Positions 51,100 through 61,726 of a stretch of DNA of 64,000 nt are shown here, one piece after another. The DNA comes from Ophelia neglecta. Its lineage: Eukaryota. The position numbers and the translations under genes were made by a program. The stretch's first letter is position 1. Every line of letters begins with the position of its first letter. Location: NCBI GenBank assembly GCA_965285935.1, contig OZ260662.1:2108001-2172000 (forward strand). Reading direction: 5' to 3'. The notes under the pieces were generated by a model that saw only the letters and a list, made by a program, of their open reading frames with translations, searched no databases and was not told the DNA's origin.

Positions 51100-52220
51100 A
51101 AAAGAGACTGAGCTTAGGTCATCTAGTTGGAAAAATACAATCAGGGGTCTGAAGGGTATCAAGAAAAAAAGTGTACTCCTCCAAAAAGGACTTTGTTGTA
51201 TGATTGTTTTTATTTGATGGTGGGGGACGGTAAACCACAAGTAGCCTAACACTCTTATCTTTCGTCCGAAGCATGACGTCAATATATTCAATTTTTTGAC
51301 ACCTGTCCCCCTCAATGACAGATGTGGAAAAGTTTTCCTTAATAAGAATACCAACACCTCCATAGCCCTTCTACCTGGACTGTTGGTGGAGCCTATAGCC
51401 GGGAGGACACAGGGCAGCAACAACCGGATCATCCTCACCATTCTGTTTTAGCCAGGTTTCAGTTATCAAGAGAATGTCAACATCATTTTCTGTGATATAA
51501 TCATGGATCTTATTCGCCTTATTTCTCACAGATCTAGTATTTATTAAACACATATGAACTTGATTTTGTTGGGCCTCAGGTGCGGTCAACTTGTTTGTGG
51601 TCTTGATGTGAACCAAGCTTGGCATTAATTCATGCGCATGGCCCATGACCAGTGGCAGGCCCTTGTCATGGTGCTTGTTATTGTTTATGATCACTAGTAT
51701 TTGTTGTGGTTCCTCTATGGTACATTGCACAATATTGTCTAGATTGGGGCCCTGTTGACTGACCTGCTCATACTGACCAGGAGTGTTAATAACCACACTG
51801 AATTTTCTAAAATGCTTCTTGCCTGCAGTGGTACCACGGGTAGCTGGCTTCTTTGTGACCCCAAAGCTGTCAAGGATGGAAGTGAGTCACTCACTGGGGA
51901 CAATTCCTGGCCTATTGAGAGATCTTAGTTGGTTACAGCTGTATGCTATCCTCCTGGGTTTGCCTGCCAGGCACATGGTTAGAACAATGAGAGTTAGGTT
52001 CAATCTGTAGGCCCACATCTGACATACGAGCAATTCAGTTTGAAAAACTTGGAAGTCCTGGTAAAAATCACCATAAGAACACTAAAAGCTCAAAAAGTAC
52101 AACATCACATAAATTAAAAATCCAGGAACGCTGATGAATATCCTGACATAGAATCAACCACCACGAATGAGTGTTAGAGGCAGTAAATCCCAACAAAACA
52201 GGAGCTCACTGGAGGCCTGT
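51100..52220 (-). mobile_element. 5' part of a CR1/L2-group LINE (AP endonuclease), present only in copy A
   Basis: CLINTRSVRNK...DILLITETWL...PPGY endonuclease motifs. Confidence 0.85.
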
Positions 52221-54909
52221 CGCCTTAGCGCCTAAGACCAAATAAACCAAATGGAATCATCCGAGTAAATAGGTGAGGAAGTGGCCGGAATGCTGGCAAA
52301 AACAAATGTACAAAAATAGACTGAGCATAGATCCTCCAGTTGAAAAATTCAATCAATAAAAATATTGGCGAGAGGATGGTCGTACCTGGCTTGTTTAAAG
52401 AGATCAGGTCGACCCTAAGCACCCTCTTCATTAAAAAAACTGCAAAAAGCAGTGATGTAATCAGCAGATGTAATCAAAACAATGACTTAACTTGCATTTG
52501 GGGGGAAGACAAACCCTTCTGATACCGCCTGGCAAAGATTGGTTATAGGTGGCCCGGAAGCTATACCTCTGATGAGCTATATCAATAATGAACTGTCCCA
52601 GCACAGAAAATATGAACCGAAATATGCGTTGAGCAGTAAATACCAATAGGTTTTATAATGTCAGTATTAAGACTAGGGAAACAAACAAGACAAGTCTATT
52701 GATCTAAACTCTCCTCTCTTATTTTTATTTCTAATAACGAAGTGTACATATGTGTAGAGATAGTGGTGATCATTCTGGTCCTGCCAGTTGATTGGATAAA
52801 GGAGGATATAGTCAGGAGAGCGCAAGCGAATCGAGATAGGCAGAGTGAGAGGTATACATATCTATTGCTAACCAAACGTTCAAATAAAATAGAGAGCAAG
52901 AATAGTGGGATTCATTAGGGTAAAGGGTGTTTACTGACATGCCGAGGTTTTTAAAATTAAAATGTCTTCATTGTTGAAAATCAACACAATTATTCTTAAA
53001 TTATCATAGTTTATAATATCGAATATGTGTATACATGAATTATGGCAACATCATTTACAATATTGACAGGAACTGGCGTCATGCCACAATTTAACTAGTA
53101 ATTTGATTTGACAGAAGATTAGTGTAAAGACATGTGAATAATTGAAGGCAACAGTCATGAACTAATCTGTTCCTTTAAAATATTATAAAAAAATAACTAT
53201 TAGTTTACTTAACATATATAATTCCATAACCATACATATATACAATATAATTAACGTTATTCGTTAAGCGTTAAAATTAACGTCACCCCACGATTATTAG
53301 TTTAAAAAAAATTACATAGTATTAAAAAAAGGTAGAGTGAACAGAAAACAGGGGCACTCAGGACTCGGTACCAGGCACTGATATAGCTTGGGGTCGTAAT
53401 ATATCGATTGAAGGAATGAAGAACCTTGCCATGAATGACATAAAGTTCTGAAGTGTGTGGTTTATGAATTAGGTTCAAAATTCTATGGTTATAGAATTTC
53501 GCAATAGGGAGCAATTTGGGAAACATTATTTTAGACTTTGTGTTAATGATTTCCTTTTCCGTTTCTCCCCAATCCACGCTTAGATAAGCGAGATAGCATG
53601 CTTTCTCCATATTTAAATTTAGTAGGCAGTGGTCAGAGATAGTGTCTCGTTTACCCTGAGCACATGGACAAGCATCGAATCCACCACACTGGAAAATTTT
53701 AAAACTACTTCGGATTGATAGCGGGAGTTATTATAGTAGTAGAACAGGTTATTCTGTCGAATCTTGTCGTAGACAAACACTGTGAGATTGGTGAGGCCGA
53801 TCATTAAAGATAGAGCCAACATGCCAATAATGGCACAGGCAAACACTCTATCGATAGGTTTAATCCTACTGTCTTTGTCGACCGATCAACGGCAAACATT
53901 GGTATCGGTGTCTACTCAATTAGTTTGGGCAAAGCTGCCGAAGTTACAGCGAGTAACAATTTACGGTGTTTACCAAACAATCTTGTTAAAACTAATGCCA
54001 ACGAAATTACAGCTGCAAATGACAGGCCAAACAAGGTAATTGAAAAATATATAGTAGATATTTGCCGTCGGACGAACTAGGGTGTATGTGTGAAAAGAAA
54101 CTTCTGTCCCCTTGAACACTCAAACGCTGCTTGAGGAAGTCTAGTGAAACTAAATTACGTTGGTCAGCTGCCAACCCAAACGGTAAATCAACAAGTAGAC
54201 TTGTATCAAAATCAGGCAATCTAAACAGCTAACGGTTGTCTGGCAAGCTGACTAGGTAGAATATTGTGGTATTAACTAGGAGTATAGAAATTTTAACACT
54301 AAATCTGGAACTGAAGTTAAAAACAAAAGAAATAAAACACTGGGTTGTGAACATGAATTCGATTTTAGGAACCACACAGAATACTCGGACTCGGAGGCAA
54401 AGGAATTTGTCAATAGAGATTGCAAAATAACTGGCAATTTAAAGTGAACAAAACTAACCTCAAAAGAAAAGTACAAATCTTAAAAATGCAGATCTTAAGT
54501 CCGCATTATATTAGAAGAGTCGTTTCCAATAAGATCCGAAGTTTTAAAAAAGCTGTTTCACAAACTCTTTTTAAAATATCATAAAATAGGAAACTCAACG
54601 AATCAACCCTAAACATAACACAATATTTTAATTCTCAAATCGGTGAAAAAACTGATATTAATGACAGTAAGTTCTTAGATTTTCTAGAGTGCAGTGATTT
54701 CATACAAAATGGTTTGAAACCTACTCATATACATAGACACATACTTGACCTGGTGATAGGTATAAACCAGTTTAGAGAGTAAGCGGGGGTTGAACTTCCC
54801 ATGGGATGAGCCGGTGCCAGAAGGAAGTGTAAAGTTCTACTGGCCGTTTCTGTCCTGGCTTGGAGAATCTGGCACACGGCACTATCAGAGTTGCCAGGGG
54901 GGTTTCTAG

Positions 54910-56100
54910 TTGGAGGTTTACCAAAGTAACATCATCACCGTAGCTGGGCGAGTAGGAGTCGTGCCCATATATACCGGTCCCTTTCTACACGTTGACAGTT
55001 TGGCTAATAGTCAGTTAAAGATAAAGACACACAAGAGCAAGGATAACAGACCACCCTGGTGTAGGCGTTGCCATGACTCAAAACTTCGGGATTTTGGAAC
55101 CGCCTTTGAAGATTGGAACCTGGATGGCTTTCCTGAAGCATAAGGATATATATTCAAATTTAACCATAGCATTGACGATATCAGTCAGCACGGTAGGCAG
55201 GCGGGCACCCCCAAATTGTACATAGAGTAAGGCTTTCTATACCACCGGCTTTCTCAAGTTTCAGGCGCGCAATCATGGACGCAGTTTCCTCCTTGGAAAG
55301 AAGGGTTTGAAGATGTTGACTTTCTCTGTGTCTAACTGCGCCATATATGTTGGAACCTCCCCATTGACTAGGTATTTGAAGTCAATTTGATAGGTGTTTC
55401 CACATTAGGGCTGGTTAGATCAATGTAATATCTACGCTATTCTTCACGGATATTGCCCATATCTCATTTTCGATGGCGGGCGTCTTTATCAGACAGCCAG
55501 CTTTGAGTTTTCTTTCACGAGTTGCCAATAAAAGTCTTGATTGAGCTACCGGAAGTGATGATTTCTGCTTGTTTTTTAACGTCCTTGTTGTGTATTGCTT
55601 TTCTCCTTCCTGTATGCACCTTTGATGATTTGTACTGCTGGAAAATATCGTTTTGGTCGGCACGTGGCCTAACCGCACCAATCCAAGCATGCAGGGCGGA
55701 AAACTGGTCCCTTTTCAGTGTATTCACCTAAGTACTCTGGCGAGGTTTTAACCACCGTTTGAACCCGTACCACGGGATGGTATTTTCAGCCGCGGTGTCC
55801 AGCATATTTGTGACTGTTTTTGTGCCACTATCATTGCAGTTTATATATGAGCTCAGCTTCATCAGCCTAGGCACTTCAGTATGATACATTATGTGAAAGG
55901 ACTTTAACTTTAGGATCAGTAAGAATGGAAGGTGATCTGAAAGTAAGTTTTGGTCGTCTTCCAGGACAGCCAAACTTATAATGAGTTAAAACAGACAAAA
56001 CTAGGCAGTGGTCTAAATAGCTTCTAATGTCACCATTCCCAATGTAGGTACATCCTGGACATGTAGTATTTTCTCACGCATCCTCTGGCACCATGACTTT
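54910..56100 (-). mobile_element. Decayed LINE ORF2 fragment (endonuclease end to RT start); second copy at ~61900-63200
   Basis: LSDHLPF motif. Copy B reads LKLGKAGGIESLTLEHV...VPIFKGG. Confidence 0.75.
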
Positions 56101-56199
56101 TTGTTATGATGTGGTCATCGAGCATCCTGTCATTACGCCTTAGTGCGGGGTAGCCTTGCGGGCTATACCTTACACTAACCTGCATATTGGCTTCTCATA

Positions 56200-56990
56200 C
56201 TTCACTTGGGGAACCGGCCCACCCTGTCTCCCACTATTTTAGAGATGAAGTGAGAAAGATATAAGCTGACCTTGATTCGATGAGAACTTCTCAACTTATC
56301 CCATTCTCTAAAAACCTTTGCTGGTGCTCGTGCTCCGTTAGAAGGCTTAAAACGGCAACTATTGATGGAATTAGGTCAATTATAAAAAATATCTGCATCA
56401 AAACCATGTGAGCTTGACCCTTGGTCCAGGTGGGTTCTCAAGGTCACCCTGGAGTTTGTCCTACCTGCAATTACCCGAATCAAAAATTTGTCCCGGGAAT
56501 CGGGAATGCTGCCTAACCTGCTATGGAAAACGGTCACTGGACCAATTCTAAAAAGGCAAACCTGGACAAGGTCTCTCTCGGTAATTACCTTTCTTAATTG
56601 ACAGAAAGAGTTGTAGCCTCTAGTTTTGTTGATCATATGCAAAGAAACCACCTTGACGAGGTATAGCCGTCAGCATATTAGATGAACCACAGTGTGGAGA
56701 CAGCATTGCTGCACGTATAATATGACATTCCGAGGGCACCTGATCAACTATATGGAGCACGAGTTATTCTCGGGCTCCTAGATTTGTCTTCGGCATTTGA
56801 TTCCGTGAGTCACTTCGTTCTCTTGGTAAGTCTGTGAAATTTAATAGGTATGTGCAACCTAGCTAATAGTTGTTGTAACTCTAACCTGACTGATAGGTGT
56901 CAAAGTGTTTCAATAGGTGCTACTGGGAAGTGAGATCCCTGCCTTCTGGACAGCGTGGTTCCACAAGGTAGTGTTTTGGGCTCCTTGCTT
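56200..56990 (+). mobile_element. Decayed L2/CR1-like RT fragment; partial second copy at ~63340-63812
   Basis: CELDP, HSVETALL, LLDLSSAFD and VPQGSVLG motifs across broken frames. Confidence 0.8.
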
Positions 56991-57734
56991 ATAGACACAG
57001 AATAATGGTGCGCTTAAGACATACCCTTACCTCATTCCTCTTCAGACAACCTGTATGTTTTTATATATCCCGGTGACCGGCGACTCAGTGTGTCTAAGTA
57101 TCCTTGGGATAGTGAATGGTATGAACGCGATCCTGTCATCAATTTCTACTGGAGTCAGGTTTAGATGAAGTCCTGTGTACCCGTTCAGTGATTACATCCT
57201 TTAAGTTCAATTATTACTTAAGTATGACCTTTATATCAGCATTAAGGTGTGCTTGTTTTCTTGTGTCTTAAATATCATATCCCTCCAAAGTGTCCGTCTC
57301 ATGCTCCTTTTCATATAGCTTTTCCACTAGGTGGGCTATCCCCTTCTCTAGATCAGTAATTCGAAAATCGTATTCCTTGCAGTGACTTTCAATGTCTCTC
57401 ATACTTTTTCCCTGAGTATCTAGTTTTCCTCAGTGGAAGTTACCTTTGCAAGGATTAAATCCAGCGTTTGTTCCTGGGAGTTACCCACCTGAGTAGATCC
57501 TGAGATAATGGCAATCAAGCAGAAAACTTTGACATTTGTCCATGGTACTGCTTTTGCTATCGAGGTTTGATAGACCATGTTGTTATTTATTAGTTAATAT
57601 GAATAAGTACATTAACCACCACACCTGTCAAAGTACATACAGCCTATAGCCACCTTCTCCGGGGACGGGTAACATATTTATAATAATGGCTGCAAGAATA
57701 GATATTCGAAACACAAACACAATTCGTTACTTAC

Positions 57735-57818
57735 TCCAATGTTGTAATCGTTTGGTTGACTTTGATGCCATCTGCAATGTGTTTAGATCCCTCAGCACCA
57801 ATGCTATTAAAGCTCAGA
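57735..57818 (-). CDS. LRR exon (84 nt): LSFNSIGAEGSKHIADGIKVNQTITTLE
   Basis: Acceptor cttttccAG, donor GTAAGT, phase 2-2. Paralog of 50369-50452. Confidence 0.9.
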
Positions 57819-60800
57819 CTGGAAAAGATCAATAAAGATATATCCAGGTGGTTAGCCATGTTATGTCAATGAATTTTGTAAACTATTATAATCTTATTCT
57901 CCAGATTTGCATTGATATTATAAAGCAACAGTTCGCAAGGATAAGCGTAACGGGAGTGTCTGGTTGCCTAGCAACCTATTTGTTTTTCACACTCTGGACT
58001 GGTAAGGAATAGTGCAATAATGGGAATTTGGGATGGTTTGCCACGATATGTAAGTTAACACGTATAGTACATCAAACCTAATTCAAAGATAGTTTATCTG
58101 CTATGCTCTATCCCAGGTGTAGGATCACCTGTCCCTTTTAAACCACATGGCTCCAGGACTTTCAAGCTATACGTGCAATGGGTCATGGAGGAGTTAAGGA
58201 AGGTTAATGATCAGCTAGGCGGAGACGAACCCCTTGTAAAATGAGGCAGATTGTCTCCACCTTACTCAGAGTCTAATGAGCAAGATTAGCCGAACAAAGA
58301 GTCACACGTAGAGTACCTATTTGCCAGTTGAAACTCAACTCCCACACCCCAAGCAATAAAATAGGACTGAAGTGACATAGAAATAGGTGGAGTTCTGATT
58401 GACATATTTGACCAAAGGTAATCACAACAATGACTCAGCTTGCACTTGAGGGGAAGAAAAACCCTCCTGATACCGCCTGGCAAAGATTGGTTATAGGTGG
58501 CACGGACGCCATAGCTCTCATGGGCTTTATCAATAATGAACTGTCCCAGCACCGTAAATATGGACCGAACTATGAGTTGAGCAGTAAATACCGATAGTTC
58601 TACATTCATAATAAATATACATCAGTTCTTGTTGAGTTTAATCTTTGCACGGCTATGGCAGATGCTAAACAAGTGGCCTGTTGAGGAAAAAGGCCACTGG
58701 ACAACAGTCTCCAAGAAATGGCCAGGAAATGGAACCAGAACTGGAAACGGCACAAGCAAGAGAAACAGGTTTTATAATGTCAGTATTAAGACGAGGATAA
58801 CAAACACGACAAGTTGATGTCTATTGATCTAAAATCTCCTCTCTGATTGATGTCTTTTGATTTAAAATCTCCTCTCTGATTTTATTTCTAATAACGAAGT
58901 TTGTACATGTGTACAGGTAGTGGTTATCATTCTGGTCCTGCCAGTTGATTGGATAAAGGGGGATAAAGTCAGGAGAGCGCAAGCGAATCGAGATAGGCAG
59001 AGTGAGAGGTATACATATCTATTGCTAACCAAGCGTGCAAATAGAATAGAGAGCAAGAATAGGGGGGATTCATTAGGGTAAAGGGTGTGTACTGACATGC
59101 CGAGGTTTTTAAAATTAAAATGTCCTTATTGTTGAAAATCAACACAATTATTCTTAAATTATCATAGTTTATAATATCGAATATGTCTATATATGAATTA
59201 AGGCGACATCATATACAATATTGACAGGAACTGGCGTCATGACATAATTTAACTAGTAATTTGATTTGACAGAAGATTAGTGTAAAGACATGTGAATAAT
59301 TGAAGGCAACAGTCATGAACTAATCTGTTCCTTTAAAATATTATAAAAAAATAACTATTAATTTACTTAACATATATAATTCCATAACCATACATATATA
59401 CAATATAATTAACGTTATTCGTTAACCGTTAAAATTTCCGTCACCCCACGATTATTAGTTTTTAAAACATTACATAGTATTAAAATAAGGCAGAGTGAAC
59501 AGAAAACAGGGGCACTCATGACTCGGTACCAGGCACTAATATAGCTTGGGGTCGTAATATATCTATTGAAGGAATGAAGAACCTTGCCATGAATGACATA
59601 AAGTTCTGAAGTGTGTGGTTTATGAATTAGGTTCAGAATTCTATGGTTATCGAATTTCGCAATAGGGAGCAATTTGGGAAACATTATTTTAGACTTTGTG
59701 TTAATGAATTCCATTTCCGTTTCTCCCCAATCCACGCTTAGATAAGCGAGATAGCATGCGTTCTCCATATTTTAATTTCGTAGGCAGTGGTCAGAGATAG
59801 GGCCTCGTTTAACCTGAGCACATGGACAAGCATCGAATCCACCACATTGGAAAAAACTACTTCGGATTGATGGCGGGAGTTATTATAGGAGTAGAACAGG
59901 TTATTCTGTCGAATCTTGTCGTAGACACACACTGTGAGATTGGTGAGGCCGATCATTAAAGATAGAGCCAACATGCCAATAATGGCACAGGCAAACACTC
60001 TATCGATAGGTTTAATCCTACTGTCTTTGTCGACCGATCAACGGCAAACATTGGTATGGGTGTCTACTCAATTAGTTTGGGCAAAGCTGCCGAAGTTACA
60101 GCGAGTACCAATTTACGGTGTTTACCAAACACTCTTGTCAAAGCTAACGCCAATGAAATTACAGCTGCAAATGGCAGGCCGAGCAAAGTAATTGAAAAAT
60201 ATATAGGTAGATATTTGCCGTCGGACGAACTAGGGAGTATGTGTGAAAAGAAACTTCTGTCCCCTTGAACACTCGAACGCTGCTTGGGGAACTCTAGTGA
60301 CACTAAATTACATTGGTCAGCTGCCACCCCAAACGGTAAATAAACAAGTAGACTTATATCAAAATCAGGCAATCTAAACAGCTAACGGTTGTCTGGCAAG
60401 CTGACTAGGTAGAATATTGTGGTATTAACTAGGAGTATAGAAATTTTAACACTAAATCTGGAACTGAAGTTAAAAACAAAAGAAATAAAACACTGGGTTG
60501 TGAACATGAATTCGATTTTAGGAACCACACAGAATACTCGGACTCGGAGGCAAAGAAATTTGTCCAAAGAGAAATCAAAATAACTGGCAATTTAAAGCGA
60601 GCATAACTAACCTAAAAAGAAAAGTACAAATCTTTAAAATGCAGATCTTAAGTCCACATTATATAAGAAGAGTCGTTTCCAATAAGATCCGATGTTTTAA
60701 AAAAGCTGTTTCACAAACGCTTATTGAAATATCCTAAAATAGGAAACTCAAGGAATCAACCCTAAACATAACACAATATTTTGATTCTCAAATCGGTGAA

Positions 60801-60888
60801 AAAAGCTGATATTTATAACAATAAGTTCTTAGATTTTCTAGAGTGCAGTGATTTCATACAAAATGTTTCGAAACCTACTCATAGAAAT

Positions 60889-61726
60889 TATAGCGATATT
60901 GATCTTTTATTAAGTACTAATCAGTTCTAGCCTATCCCCAAGGCATAGAATAATAATTTTATCCATTACTAATAGTCCAGATGGGGCCTATCCTTGTATC
61001 TTTAGGCTGTTAGGTGCTTGAATGGTGTGCACTGTGGTAACAATGCACTGAATGACCAGGGGCTTGACAGACCAGGGAGTGACTCTATAGACTGGGGACA
61101 TACAAGACAGGTAGGACAATATATAGGACGGTTGACAGCTACAAGTCATGCAAACATTGTACAGGATATGTTCAGTAGTCTTTGGCTTATTATCCACAAG
61201 AACAAATTATAGAAACTGGTGCAATGTTCTTGGTGTTTAAACTGGATTGCATTGCTTGGTGGGGTGGATCCACATGCAGTATAGGACACTGCATCCCCAC
61301 TTCTGTGTTGTGCTTATTCATATGACAGAAGGGGAATTCTGTCTAGTGCCTATCTTGTGTTCATTAGGAGCTGGTCATGACCAATGCTAGATATCAGCCA
61401 TTTCAGGAGCTGTCGGGTAATGGCACTACCCCATCACCAAGAATGTTTCCCCGAAACATTCAAAAGAAACGCCAGTCTAAGAGGCTTGATATATTCTACT
61501 TAAGAAATCAGCCCCCACATTATCTGTGCCTTTGATAGCATGAATTTGGAAGCGGTAATTTTGTAGGAAGAGTGCCCAACGCATTATCCTGCTGTTGGCT
61601 ATTTTACATCGATTGATGTACATCAGTGGTTGGTGATCCGTTTGGATCACAAACTCCCTGCCATACAGGTATATCTCAAACTCTTTTGAACTAATTAGCA
61701 CTTAATAAAAGATCAATATCGCTACA
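60889..61726 (-). mobile_element. 838-bp Gypsy-derived insert with ~39-bp terminal inverted repeats and 5-bp TSD GAAAT
   Basis: Inverted ends tatagcgatattgatcttttattaagtactaatcagttc / gaactaattagcacttaataaaagatcaatatcgctaca. GAAAT at 60884-60888 and 61727-61731. Empty site in copy A (~54730). Contains the RNase H C-terminus (QTDHQPL...RWALFLQ...ADFLSR). Confidence 0.88.

Larger units (their letters stand above)
50183..57540. repeat. Tandem segmental duplication, copy A (~7.36 kb)
   Basis: Collinear with 57541-63812: same LRR exon, same LINE fragments, paired ORFs (e.g. 53302/59415, 53782/59934, 56376/63502). Confidence 0.93.
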
